Notes: generated by a model not told the origin, from the letters alone. Shown: positions 9,984 to 19,705, counted from the first letter of the stretch. The stretch: DNA of 64,000 nucleotides from a virus (IMGVR_UViG_3300035208_002115); one strand, 5' to 3'. A program made the numbers and translations.

Positions 9984-10472
9984 ATGAGCCATATATTAAA
10001 CTTTAACAATTTCCGTATACATGAATCTAAATTCGATAAATCTGAATTTGATTCAGTAACAGAAGATATTAAAAATATCCTTAATATGAACTTTTCTCCA
10101 GCTAAAAATATCTTTTATAAAGTTGGTGAAGAATTTTTAGATTACCCCAAATACTTAGCAACCAAAATTATTCCAACAGCCGTGCGTTTCAATGTGACTG
10201 ACCAAGATTTTAAATATACAGACCCAGATGATGAATTACGGAACGAATATACGGAAGGGGTTCTTTCAAAAAGAGCCAATGATATTGGGTTAATGCCTGT
10301 TGATAAATATGAAGAAAATGGTAAATTTTTTATGGAATATGAGGTTATTCTACATGATGTAGATTTAAACCGAGCTGTTAAATATGGGGATGATGATGAC
10401 GAAGAATCTTTTGATGGTAAATACTCTGACGATAATGAAGATGATGGAGAAGGTTTAAAAGGAGTTTTTTAA
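9984..10472 (+). CDS. putative internal head protein (CTS-like leader, acidic tail)
   Basis: MSHILNFNNFRIHES; D/E-rich C-terminus. Confidence 0.65.
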   Translation: MSHILNFNNFRIHESKFDKSEFDSVTEDIKNILNMNFSPAKNIFYKVGEEFLDYPKYLATKIIPTAVRFNVTDQDFKYTDPDDELRNEYTEGVLSKRANDIGLMPVDKYEENGKFFMEYEVILHDVDLNRAVKYGDDDDEESFDGKYSDDNEDDGEGLKGVF

Positions 10473-10497
10473 TATATTTTTTTCCAATCTTATTTTT

Positions 10498-10529
10498 CCC
10501 AAGTTGTATATAACGACTTGGGTTTTTTT
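10498..10529 (+). terminator. intrinsic terminator
   Basis: CCCAAGTTGT/ACGACTTGGG stem plus T7. Confidence 0.75.
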
Positions 10530-10548
10530 ATTATATTTGTAATAAAAA

Positions 10549-10803
10549 ATGTTAGACAAGAAAGTAAAGTCCATATTAAAATTCTACTCTGAACAACAAG
10601 ATTTAAAAAAATCTTACGAAAGTTATATCGAAACTCTCAAAAGACGGGTTAAACAGGAAGAAGATATTAATAAGATTACAGATGACCACAATAAACTTCT
10701 TAAAGCTAAAATAGAACGTTTAGAAGCTACAATTAATAATTTGAATACCCAATTAAAGATGAAAAGTAATCGTGGTTTTTTTTCAAGATTATTAAACCTA
10801 TAA
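10549..10803 (+). CDS. coiled-coil protein with amphipathic C-terminal helix
   Basis: Heptad pattern; ends RGFFSRLLNL; TATATTTG at 10532-10539 upstream. Confidence 0.65.
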   Translation: MLDKKVKSILKFYSEQQDLKKSYESYIETLKRRVKQEEDINKITDDHNKLLKAKIERLEATINNLNTQLKMKSNRGFFSRLLNL

Positions 10804-10812
10804 AAATTATAA

Positions 10813-11160
10813 ATGTTTCATACACCACCTAATAATTTACCCCTATCTCTGCGTGTAGCTGCCCAAACAATTGAATTGGATTATATACAAATTACACCAA
10901 CAACCGTTAAACAAAAATTATACTGGTTTATTATATTCAGACCAATAATATATAAAAAAGAACACAATTTAGTTATTGATTTTACACCATCGCAACATTT
11001 TGAAGAATTCTCAGTTAATAAAACCTCGGATATATTAAACAAAAAAATAAGATTAGCATTACAAAAAAATAAGAACGCTGTTTTTTATGTATATTTAATA
11101 TTTGATATTCAACATTATCCATTTTTTTCCATTATAAAAATGGATTACCAAATTAAATAA
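10813..11160 (+). CDS. hypothetical protein
   Basis: 115 aa ORF. Confidence 0.6.
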   Translation: MFHTPPNNLPLSLRVAAQTIELDYIQITPTTVKQKLYWFIIFRPIIYKKEHNLVIDFTPSQHFEEFSVNKTSDILNKKIRLALQKNKNAVFYVYLIFDIQHYPFFSIIKMDYQIK

Positions 11161-11203
11161 ACGACACTTTTTTTATATATAAGTAAAAAATATGTTGGTT
11201 TAA

Positions 11204-11650
11204 ATGGGTAAATATGTAAAAGGAAAACAATTCGAGAATAATTCCATAACTTCAAATTTATTTAATTTAACTACTCCGAACTCTGGAGAGACTTTATCTG
11301 GGGCAACTAAAGAATATGCTGATGCGTATGGTTCGGGTAGTATTTTTACTCACAATATAGCAAATTTTGATATGTCATCTACTACTACAACGGAAGATGG
11401 TCAATTAGCATGTGATATACCTTTATTATCTGCGCCAAAAAGTCTTGTAAGAGTTATTATTAATGGATTAGAAATTCAGGTAGGTGTAGGTAAAGAATGT
11501 TATTTTTCTGGTGATAATGGTGTTACAGCCCGTGAAAATGGAGAAGAAACTATTGGAGATTATTTATACTGGAATGGTAGTATTGCAGGTTATGAATTAA
11601 GTGTTTCTGATGATGATGAAATAGATTTTGTATATTTGATAGATAAATAA
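11204..11650 (+). CDS. virion fibre/structural protein, paralog family member 1
   Basis: KGKQFENNSIT, ATKEYAD, LACD...NGL...YFSGDNG...GDYLYWNGS...IDFVYL. Confidence 0.6.
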   Translation: MGKYVKGKQFENNSITSNLFNLTTPNSGETLSGATKEYADAYGSGSIFTHNIANFDMSSTTTTEDGQLACDIPLLSAPKSLVRVIINGLEIQVGVGKECYFSGDNGVTARENGEETIGDYLYWNGSIAGYELSVSDDDEIDFVYLIDK

Positions 11651-11666
11651 AAAATAATTTATATTT

Positions 11667-12170
11667 GTGTTTAAGGGTAAACAATTAGAAAACGAGAGTA
11701 TAACGCAAAACAAGTTGAATCTTGAAACAGTATCAACATCGACTGCGTTGGCTACTGTTGAATATGTAAATATAAGTGGTGGTACAAAAAGTTCTTGGTC
11801 ACTTAAAAATTATAATATGTCAGCATCGGTAACACATTATGATAGTGATTTAGCATGTAATACGGAAATTGCTGATGTACCAATATCAACAGTAATTGTC
11901 ACCTTAAATGGTTTAGTATTAAATGTTGATAGTGGTGCAACGGCAGATGCATATTTCTCAGGTAATAGTGGTGCAACGGCAAGGGGGAAAGGTGAAGAAC
12001 AACAAGGTGATTTATTATATTGGAAATATAATAACACTGGTTATCATTTAGAAAATACCGATATCATAGATTTTATTTATTTAACAAAATATAATCAACA
12101 AACGAGTTTAAGTCTGGTTTTCCAGACTGACCAATCAACGAATAAAACAGTGACGTTGACATTAAAATAA
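11667..12170 (+). CDS. virion fibre/structural protein, member 2 (probably continues into 12181 by frameshift)
   Basis: Same motifs as 11204 and 13071, plus about 25 aa beyond the family C-terminus. Confidence 0.6.
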   Translation: MFKGKQLENESITQNKLNLETVSTSTALATVEYVNISGGTKSSWSLKNYNMSASVTHYDSDLACNTEIADVPISTVIVTLNGLVLNVDSGATADAYFSGNSGATARGKGEEQQGDLLYWKYNNTGYHLENTDIIDFIYLTKYNQQTSLSLVFQTDQSTNKTVTLTLK

Positions 12171-12180
12171 TTTAACATGG

Positions 12181-12843
12181 ATGGCTATTAATATTAACTG
12201 GGGTGATTCGACTAATACTGGTACAACATTAAATGGTACAAATTATTTTTATTTATCAAAAACTTATTCTGGTAATTCAACTTATAGCATAACATTAACT
12301 GGGAGTGATTTAACTATGATTAAAGAACTCTCTCTTAGTGGTTCAAACTTAATATCTTGTCCCGATTTTTCAGATATTAGATATGATATAGTTATATTAA
12401 ATTTAGATAATAATTTATTAACTACATTTCCAACGGTTAATTCTAAATTAAGAAATATATATTTGAATAACAATATATTATCTACATCAGCCATTTTAAA
12501 ATTGACTTCTTCAAACTTAGAAATAATAGAAATGACGGAGAATTCTCTTACAGGGAATATACCAGCACCATCGGCATATATAATAGCCTATAATATGTCT
12601 GTAAATTCATTCACTGGTTATACACAAAGGGGGTCAAACTTTAGTGCTTATATACAGGCTTTCAATGATAATAATTTATCATCAACTGAAGTGAATAAAG
12701 TTTTATCTGATAATCAGAATTATAATATATCTGAATCAGGTGTTATAGATTTAACTGGAGCAAACATGGGTGCGCCAAATGGTCAAGGAATAACAGATAA
12801 AGCCAGTTTAATTGCGAGGGGATTTACAATAGTATCAAATTAA
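12181..12843 (+). CDS. PKD-like plus leucine-rich repeat protein
   Basis: INWGD...KTYSG..TYSITL, then LxLxxNxL repeats (LNLDNNLL, IYLNNNIL, FNDNNLS). Confidence 0.7.
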   Translation: MAININWGDSTNTGTTLNGTNYFYLSKTYSGNSTYSITLTGSDLTMIKELSLSGSNLISCPDFSDIRYDIVILNLDNNLLTTFPTVNSKLRNIYLNNNILSTSAILKLTSSNLEIIEMTENSLTGNIPAPSAYIIAYNMSVNSFTGYTQRGSNFSAYIQAFNDNNLSSTEVNKVLSDNQNYNISESGVIDLTGANMGAPNGQGITDKASLIARGFTIVSN

Positions 12844-12856
12844 TAATATATAGAAT

Positions 12857-13078
12857 ATGATAACAATAAAAAATATATTAGTACATCAACTGTGGACATT
12901 AGTTTATGAAGAAAAAACTAAGATAATACATTTAAAAGAATATTTTGAATATAATAATTTAGGTACTAAACATAAGGTTATGTTTTTTGATAATGAAGAA
13001 GAAATGAATGAGAAAATAAAAGAATTAAATCTTATCACATTAAATGAATATTTAAAATTAAACAGATACAATGTCTAA
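12857..13078 (+). CDS. small protein, possible fibre accessory
   Basis: 73 aa ORF between fibre paralogs. Confidence 0.55.
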   Translation: MITIKNILVHQLWTLVYEEKTKIIHLKEYFEYNNLGTKHKVMFFDNEEEMNEKIKELNLITLNEYLKLNRYNV

Positions 13079-13499
13079 AATTAAAGCTAAACAGGTTGAA
13101 AATAATTCAATAACACAAAATAAAATATTTTTATCTATTCCAATTTCATCAACTTCACCAGCATCTGTTGATTATGTTAAGTCAATTAGTGGTAATACAC
13201 TTAAATATTCAATTGTAAATTTGGATATGGTTGCTTTAATAACAGACACAGATGGTGACTTAGCTTGTGACACCGCCATTTTAAATGTTCCTATAAGTGT
13301 TGTAACAGTGAATGTTAATGGATTATTGGTAAATGTTGGTAGTGGAACAACGGCTTCTTGTTTTTTTTCAGGTGATAATGGTTCTACTAAACGTAACATA
13401 GGAGATGAACAACAAGGTGATAAATTATATTGGGTCGGGTCAGTATCTGGATATGAATTAGCCAGTGATGATATAATAGATTTTATTTATTTAAAATAA
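13071..13499 (+). CDS. virion fibre/structural protein, member 3
   Basis: KAKQVENNSITQNK...LACDT...FFSGDNG...GDKLYW...IDFIYLK. Confidence 0.6.
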   Translation: MSKIKAKQVENNSITQNKIFLSIPISSTSPASVDYVKSISGNTLKYSIVNLDMVALITDTDGDLACDTAILNVPISVVTVNVNGLLVNVGSGTTASCFFSGDNGSTKRNIGDEQQGDKLYWVGSVSGYELASDDIIDFIYLK

Positions 13500-13521
13500 A
13501 ATGTCACTTATATTTACTTTT

Positions 13522-13896
13522 TTATTCTTTGCTCCAAATACCTTTTTGAATTGCAACCTCTTTTAATGTAGTTTTGAACTCATATCCTCGGATAGGTTTT
13601 CTAACATGCTCATCAAATATACTATTACCATCCAAATCTTTTACACTTAATGCTGATAAAGCTATAATAACACTATCTGGTTTTTCTTCTCTAATTTTTT
13701 TTGTTGCTTTCCAACCATCTACATCTGGCATCATAATATCCATAATTATAATATCATAATCTTTTTCTAATGCCATATCAATTCCTTCTTGTCCAGATTT
13801 TGCACAAACAATAGTAAAGTCGTTATTATATTTAAAAATGTCACATACTAATCCTCGAAATACTGCATCGTCATCAACGTATAATACATTAATCAT
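13522..13896 (-). CDS. single-domain response regulator (CheY-like receiver)
   Basis: VLYVDDD, MDIMMPDVDG phosphoacceptor, ALSA, RKP. Confidence 0.88.
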   Translation of the reverse strand: MINVLYVDDDAVFRGLVCDIFKYNNDFTIVCAKSGQEGIDMALEKDYDIIIMDIMMPDVDGWKATKKIREEKPDSVIIALSALSVKDLDGNSIFDEHVRKPIRGYEFKTTLKEVAIQKGIWSKE

Positions 13897-13970
13897 TTTA
13901 TATTTTTATTTTTATACCCACTATTTATAACGGTGCAAAAAGCATTCCATTGTACGCCTATATATTAATT

Positions 13971-14192
13971 TTATTTTAGTAAATCATTCATAGTATTTAT
14001 ACACTCAATCTTAGTTTTAAACCAAAATATTTTATTACTATCATCAACTAAAACAAAACCACTTTTTCTAATGGTGTATTCGGAAGTTACTGCAAAATAC
14101 TTATTAATATTTAAATAAATTCCATTCTTAACGTCCTCATTAAATTTCTTAGTTTGAACTTCATTAAATTTTACAACCGACATTATTTTCAT
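13971..14192 (-). CDS. hypothetical protein
   Basis: 73 aa ORF coupled to the upstream gene. Confidence 0.55.
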   Translation of the reverse strand: MKIMSVVKFNEVQTKKFNEDVKNGIYLNINKYFAVTSEYTIRKSGFVLVDDSNKIFWFKTKIECINTMNDLLK

Positions 14193-14473
14193 GATTCTTT
14201 AAATATTTTTTTCAATTTTTCTTTTCTTATTAACCTTTTAATTTCATTTAAATAAATATCAATATCGCTTGTGTGGAGTGTCAAAAACCCATAAAAAGTT
14301 AAACTGGGAATATCCTCATTTTCATTTATATACATAATATAAGCTTTTATATATAAATATATATCACCATCTATACCAGAATTTATGAAAGAATTTTTAT
14401 AGTAATTCATTAATTCATCGGAAATGCTCTTTAAATATAATAAGTTTGTTATTGGGTCTCGGAGAATTTCCAT
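14189..14473 (-). CDS. C-tag protein, LYxxAYxxY family
   Basis: LYIKAYIMY...TFYGFL...IRKEKLKKIF. Confidence 0.7.
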   Translation of the reverse strand: MEILRDPITNLLYLKSISDELMNYYKNSFINSGIDGDIYLYIKAYIMYINENEDIPSLTFYGFLTLHTSDIDIYLNEIKRLIRKEKLKKIFKES

Positions 14474-14727
14474 ATCTCAGTTATTTTTTTCTTCCTCTCA
14501 TAATTTTTAAACTTCTGAATGTATATATTTAGTTTTTCAGATATTAAAAAACCGTAAAAGGTATAATTAAGTTGTTCAAATGCATTTTTCCATTTATAAT
14601 ATTGGTAAGCTTCAACTGATAATACAAAATCTGATTCACTATCAATTAATGAGGTCGTATTATTTTGTTCAATAAAATCAATGAATTCATAACGATATTT
14701 AGCATATTCTATATAATCCAGATTCAT
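14449..14727 (-). CDS. C-tag protein, LYxxAYxxY family
   Basis: EAYQYY...TFYGFL...ERKKKITEIW. Confidence 0.7.
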   Translation of the reverse strand: MNLDYIEYAKYRYEFIDFIEQNNTTSLIDSESDFVLSVEAYQYYKWKNAFEQLNYTFYGFLISEKLNIYIQKFKNYERKKKITEIWKFSETQ

Positions 14728-14927
14728 AATTCATTATTAAATATTTCTTTTAATTTCGATTTACGTAATGACATATTAGCTTTATTGATATCATCTTGTG
14801 ACATAATAGACTCCACATACTTGCTAAATGATGCTGCATCAACTGAACATCTATCTAAATAGATAAAATATGCAGTTTTATAAAGTTCAAAATTATTATA
14901 ATATTTTTTTAAATCAAGATTATCCAT
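14724..14927 (-). CDS. C-tag protein, LYxxAYxxY family
   Basis: LYKTAYFIY...SFSKYV...LRKSKLKEIF. Confidence 0.7.
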   Translation of the reverse strand: MDNLDLKKYYNNFELYKTAYFIYLDRCSVDAASFSKYVESIMSQDDINKANMSLRKSKLKEIFNNEL

Positions 14928-15234
14928 CTAAAATTTGTTCTATTTTAGCTTTTCGAATTAAAAGGTTAGCCTGTTGTAAATAAGGAGACTTGTTTTTTGA
15001 TGTAATAAATCCATAAAAAGAATATCGTCCTGTATCTTTTGCTTTTTCAAAATAAATATCATAAGCAATACGATATATATGATATTGGTCTTTATCATCA
15101 CTGATTCTATCAAAAAAATACTGACGTTCCTCTTTTACAACAACCGCCTTAGAATTTATATATTCGTTTGAATTTTCATCTTTTAAATATCGATAACTAA
15201 AAAGACTATATTGGACACCATTAGTCAATTTCAT
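14920..15234 (-). CDS. C-tag protein, LYxxAYxxY family
   Basis: IYRIAYDIY...SFYGFI...IRKAKIEQIL. Confidence 0.7.
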   Translation of the reverse strand: MKLTNGVQYSLFSYRYLKDENSNEYINSKAVVVKEERQYFFDRISDDKDQYHIYRIAYDIYFEKAKDTGRYSFYGFITSKNKSPYLQQANLLIRKAKIEQILDG

Positions 15235-15503
15235 AATTTTTCCAATTTTTCATTTAACATTTTAATAAATTCTTTTCGATTAATATTAAAAATTGGTTCA
15301 TCATTTATCGTGAAAACGTATCCAATTTTCCTTGGAGTTAAATTTTTTGTTAACATCACATATTTATCCATCATGACATGTTTTCTTCTTTTATCTAAAC
15401 GATGTTTATGATACAACTCTATGTTTCCATTATTAAATTCGGAAACATGTGCGATTGTTATGTTTAATATTTTAGGTTTTCTTTTTGACATTGTTATTGT
15501 CAA
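15231..15503 (-). CDS. hypothetical protein
   Basis: 90 aa ORF in the tandem array; only a degenerate tag. Confidence 0.6.
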   Translation of the reverse strand: MTITMSKRKPKILNITIAHVSEFNNGNIELYHKHRLDKRRKHVMMDKYVMLTKNLTPRKIGYVFTINDEPIFNINRKEFIKMLNEKLEKL

Positions 15504-15520
15504 TTTTTTTATTTAAAAAT

Positions 15521-15778
15521 TTAATCTATCATCATTTTTTCTAATTTTAACTTCCGAAGGATTTTCTTCGCTTCATCAAAAATATCTTTAAAATGAACTT
15601 TCATAGTATTAAAATAATCAGGTTTTAATGCAGTTGAGAAAAAAACTAAACTATTATTATATCTAATGAGATATTTTTTATAAGCATACTGGTTTATAAA
15701 TGATTCATCATCATAATAAAAAATATCAACCAATATACCATCGATATATAAAGCAATATTTTTATTTTCTTTTGCCAA
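15521..15778 (-). CDS. C-tag protein, LYxxAYxxY family (divergent)
   Basis: QYAYKKY...LRKLKLEKM. Confidence 0.65.
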   Translation of the reverse strand: MAKENKNIALYIDGILVDIFYYDDESFINQYAYKKYLIRYNNSLVFFSTALKPDYFNTMKVHFKDIFDEAKKILRKLKLEKMMID

Positions 15779-16130
15779 GGACTTCAGTTTTTACTCTAAT
15801 CATTTCTTGGCGATTATGTTCATCTATTAAAGCTTGTTCTTGCATGTGGATTTCAAATTGTGTGTCGGACATATTTAATAAATCTAATATATCTTTACTA
15901 TAATTTTTTAAACATTCCATATAACCAATTTGGTGTTGATAATTTGTAAGGGCATCTAATTTATAATCTTTGTTTTCACAAATAGTATCGTCTGAAAATT
16001 TAACCCCTGTACAATCATTTGGAAGCTTAACATAATAACCCATTTCCTTTTGACAATTTGCTATATGTTTTTCAGCATATGAGATATTATTTTTTAATTC
16101 TTTCTTTAGATGAATAATACTTTTTGACAT
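15762..16130 (-). CDS. hypothetical protein
   Basis: 122 aa ORF. Confidence 0.65.
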   Translation of the reverse strand: MSKSIIHLKKELKNNISYAEKHIANCQKEMGYYVKLPNDCTGVKFSDDTICENKDYKLDALTNYQHQIGYMECLKNYSKDILDLLNMSDTQFEIHMQEQALIDEHNRQEMIRVKTEVLGKRK

Positions 16131-16148
16131 AATATTATAATTTATTTT

Positions 16149-16832
16149 TTACGTGATGCACGGTGATAATTTATCCCACATCCCCTTTAAAGCAAAAACA
16201 TCACCTTCACAATATTTAACTATTTTTTGAATATTGTCCTCAATCCAATATGTATAGTGAACTTTATCTCCTGATAATTCACCCTTTGGTGATGGTAAAT
16301 CAAGTTCATAAGTTACTTCATCCAATGAACTCCAATATCGACCAGTGGTTTTCCACGCATCAGATAAGTCTAAAACACCAGTTGTCCAAGGTTTTTTATC
16401 AAACAATTGAATATTATATGGAATTCTTAAACCATATTTAATCATTTTTTTATTTATCCAAGGTAAATCGAATAATATAATATTGTAACCACATGGTACA
16501 AAACCAGCTTTACCAGATTTTAGAAATATCTTCTGAACATTTTCTAATATTATCTTTTCGTCCCCAGTGTATGATTGTACTACCCATTTATCGGTTTCGT
16601 CAGTATACCCCAAACTTACACACACTATCTTACCATATTCTGGTATAAGTGGTGACATTCTAAGATATAAATCCTCAATTGTTTCACTACCCCAGCGTTC
16701 TTTATCACCAGAATTTTTAAACTTTTTTTCCAATAATTTAAAAAGTCTTTCATCAGATTTTTTCAACTCATCCGCATCCTGAAATTTTCCGACTGTTTCA
16801 ATATCGAAGAAAAGTAGTTTATTATAATTCAT
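16149..16832 (-). CDS. DEDDy 3'-5' exonuclease (PolB-exo-like, stand-alone)
   Basis: FFDIET (Exo I), GYNIILFDLP (Exo II), YCEGDV (Exo III). Confidence 0.88.
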   Translation of the reverse strand: MNYNKLLFFDIETVGKFQDADELKKSDERLFKLLEKKFKNSGDKERWGSETIEDLYLRMSPLIPEYGKIVCVSLGYTDETDKWVVQSYTGDEKIILENVQKIFLKSGKAGFVPCGYNIILFDLPWINKKMIKYGLRIPYNIQLFDKKPWTTGVLDLSDAWKTTGRYWSSLDEVTYELDLPSPKGELSGDKVHYTYWIEDNIQKIVKYCEGDVFALKGMWDKLSPCIT

Positions 16833-16879
16833 GATGATATAATCTTTTAAATATAGATAGTTAAAACCATATAAAAAGT

Positions 16880-17062
16880 TTAAAAATAGTATGGGTGAGA
16901 ATTAGTTTCTTTAACCTTTTCCAATTTTCCAATTTTAGAATCAATTTCTTCCAATTGCTTTTTATAGAAATTGAATTTATCACGATTTCCAAATTTAAGA
17001 GAATATTCCAAATTTTTAAGAATCGAAGCTCGTCTTTCTGTTAATAAATTTAAATCTTTCAT
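16880..17062 (-). CDS. hypothetical protein
   Basis: 60 aa ORF. Confidence 0.55.
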   Translation of the reverse strand: MKDLNLLTERRASILKNLEYSLKFGNRDKFNFYKKQLEEIDSKIGKLEKVKETNSHPYYF

Positions 17063-17064
17063 TT

Positions 17065-17556
17065 TTAATCGTTTAGAATTTCTTGGATTTTTAATCTCCT
17101 TAATTTAACATTATTCATTGTAAAAACCAATGCGTTGTATGAAAAATGTTGACTTGGTTTTGTTATTTGTATAAGTTTATCTATTTCTTCTCTGTATACA
17201 ATTTCATCATTATTATTAAAACCATGAGTATATCTCATACCTGATTTTTCATCAATAAATATAAATGGTATTAAACAATCAATAATTTCTGATGAAAAAA
17301 CTTTTTCATTAATATAAATAAGATGGTCTTTCATTCTTTCCATTAATAATGTTATATTATCACCCCATGAAAATTTATTATGATGAAAAGAATAAAATGT
17401 GAAATTATTTATTTTAGTTTCTTTTAAATATATCGGAATACCGTAATATTCCATAATTGCTGTTCTTCTTTGTGAGTCAGTTGCATAGAAACCCAATTTT
17501 TTATAAACATAGTTATCTAAACCATATTCAAATAGTGTTTTTTTAATAGTACTCAT
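17065..17556 (-). CDS. C-tag protein
   Basis: Ends LRRLKIQEILND. Confidence 0.7.
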   Translation of the reverse strand: MSTIKKTLFEYGLDNYVYKKLGFYATDSQRRTAIMEYYGIPIYLKETKINNFTFYSFHHNKFSWGDNITLLMERMKDHLIYINEKVFSSEIIDCLIPFIFIDEKSGMRYTHGFNNNDEIVYREEIDKLIQITKPSQHFSYNALVFTMNNVKLRRLKIQEILND

Positions 17557-18023
17557 AAATCAAGAATTTCTTTAATTTTTTCCAGCCGTGCTAAATTAAT
17601 AGGTAATGAATTCAAAAAATCTTCATTAGCTTTTTTATTTGCATCAAGATATTTTTGTTTTTTAATATCACTGAAATACTTTTTGAGAATGATATAATAA
17701 CCAGTTCGTAAATCTTTATTAAACCAAAAATTGAATATGGATAAAAAATGAAATTGTACCCCGATATTTTTACTTACAACTTGTACCTTTCCAAAAATAT
17801 TTCTTTTATGAATCTTAATGACAACCATCGGATATTCAACCATAAGATAATTATAATAAAAAGAATATCCATCACCACTTTGGTATTTATGTTCATATTG
17901 AGAAAAATCCTTATATAAGGATGCTATTAGAATTTTTCGATAAGTACTTTTAGTCTCTTTAGATGGTTTCATATGTTTACTTAATAAAAAGCAAATATAT
18001 GAAATTCCACCCAAAAATGACAA
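17553..18023 (-). CDS. C-tag protein
   Basis: Ends LARLEKIKEILDL. Confidence 0.7.
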   Translation of the reverse strand: MSFLGGISYICFLLSKHMKPSKETKSTYRKILIASLYKDFSQYEHKYQSGDGYSFYYNYLMVEYPMVVIKIHKRNIFGKVQVVSKNIGVQFHFLSIFNFWFNKDLRTGYYIILKKYFSDIKKQKYLDANKKANEDFLNSLPINLARLEKIKEILDL

Positions 18024-18030
18024 TAATTTT

Positions 18031-18210
18031 TTAAGATAATAACAGTGGTATTCTATAACCTTTTTGGGTTTTTATTTCATTTAATTGTTCATCAGTTAAA
18101 TTATCAACATCCCACCCCTTTTTTATTGCATATTGAGATGCAAAGGTTTCTCTTAAAGCTTGTAAGTCTTCAGTTGTAAGACCCGTTTCTTTTATTAATT
18201 GTTCTTCCAT
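18031..18210 (-). CDS. small hypothetical protein (59 aa, not in ORF track)
   Basis: MEEQLIKETGLTTEDLQALRETFASQYAIKKGWD...PLLLS. Confidence 0.65.
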   Translation of the reverse strand: MEEQLIKETGLTTEDLQALRETFASQYAIKKGWDVDNLTDEQLNEIKTQKGYRIPLLLS

Positions 18211-18316
18211 AAAAAAAAAATTATTTTTTACATTCGCATGTTTAATACTTACTTATATATTTATAAAAAGAATTCAACTTTTTCTTTTTTCAATGATATA
18301 AGGATAAAACATAAAA

Positions 18317-19483
18317 TTGATGGACGAATTAAAAACCTATACTCTCGATAAAAGTTATGTGAAAAATAAAATATCTAACATAATTGATAAAGCCCATCGA
18401 AATCCGCAGAAAAAAAATGTCAGGGAACACCACGACAGATTGAATTTTGCTTGTCCTGTTTGTGGGGATTCGGAAAAAATTGCATCCAAGAAAAGAGGAA
18501 ATCTTTATTTCAAGAATTTAATGTACAAATGTTTTAACTGCGGTTATCATGCATCTTTCGTGAAATTATGTGAAACATTCGATATAGAAATTGATATAGA
18601 AAAACGTCTGGAAATGTATGATTATATAGATAATAATACATTTTATAGAAAGGATGATGATTTTGTTCTCACCAAACTTGATAAATTGCTCCCTTTAACT
18701 GACGTGGTAGATTTTTACAACACACATCCAGAACACAAATTAACAAATGTTAGTCCAATTCAACAAGGTGGAGCAGTGTATCAATATCTTTTATTAAATA
18801 GAAACATCAAAAATGACCCAAATCTATATGAAGGAGTTTATCACTTTACTGAAAAATGGAAAGAGCCTGTTGTAATAATCCTTAATAAACACGAGAATTT
18901 ATTACTTGGGATGCAGTTAAGAAATTTAAAAGAAGAAAAAAATAAACGTTTTTATCACATCATCGAATTCAGTGAGATATACAATCTTTTACATCCTGAT
19001 AATATATTAGATGAATTTGAATCAATAGCTTATAATAAATTATCACATTTTATCAATGTATTAAACATTGATTTCAATGAGATAGTTACAATATTTGAGG
19101 GTTACTTCGATTCAATATTTTTTCCAAATAGTATTGGGGTGGTTGGTGTTAATACTGATATTTCTTTTTTATTAAAAGATGAAAATGTGAAAGTGAGAAT
19201 GTTTTATGATAATGATGATGATGGATATAAAAATTCCATTGTGATGTTAAAAGATGGTTATCAGGTATTTTTATGGAAACTATTATTCAAAACTATTTTA
19301 AAGAACAAACCCAATAAATATGAAGCTCAGAAACGTTTAAATAAAATAAAAGATTTGAATAAGTTGGCTATCGAAACTAAAAAATCACCATATGATTTAC
19401 TCAAACTTGAAAATTATTTTTCAAAAGATGTATTTGATATGATATATTTGGATGGAAAGAAAGAAATAATTAATTATTTATAA
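18317..19483 (+). CDS. DNA primase (T4 gp61-like)
   Basis: Zn finger NFACPVCGDS...KCFNCG; TOPRIM FEGYFDS and YDND; KDLN. Confidence 0.88.
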   Translation: MMDELKTYTLDKSYVKNKISNIIDKAHRNPQKKNVREHHDRLNFACPVCGDSEKIASKKRGNLYFKNLMYKCFNCGYHASFVKLCETFDIEIDIEKRLEMYDYIDNNTFYRKDDDFVLTKLDKLLPLTDVVDFYNTHPEHKLTNVSPIQQGGAVYQYLLLNRNIKNDPNLYEGVYHFTEKWKEPVVIILNKHENLLLGMQLRNLKEEKNKRFYHIIEFSEIYNLLHPDNILDEFESIAYNKLSHFINVLNIDFNEIVTIFEGYFDSIFFPNSIGVVGVNTDISFLLKDENVKVRMFYDNDDDGYKNSIVMLKDGYQVFLWKLLFKTILKNKPNKYEAQKRLNKIKDLNKLAIETKKSPYDLLKLENYFSKDVFDMIYLDGKKEIINYL

Positions 19484-19489
19484 TAAACA

Positions 19490-19705
19490 ATGGAAAATCA
19501 ACATGACATCGCACTATCAGTAGTAAAACATCATCTATTAAATAAGAATAGTTTTACATATTCCGAAATTCAACAAGAGGTATTAGAATGTGGCGGTATA
19601 TTACGAATTGGGATTAATTTCACTCTCGGTGAATATATCACAGAACTTGAAGAAGATAATTTAATTAAGTTTAATCCAGTGACCACAAAGTATGATGTTT
19701 ATTAA
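19490..19705 (+). CDS. small protein, possible winged helix
   Basis: 71 aa; FTYSEI...ITELEEDNLI pattern. Confidence 0.55.
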   Translation: MENQHDIALSVVKHHLLNKNSFTYSEIQQEVLECGGILRIGINFTLGEYITELEEDNLIKFNPVTTKYDVY

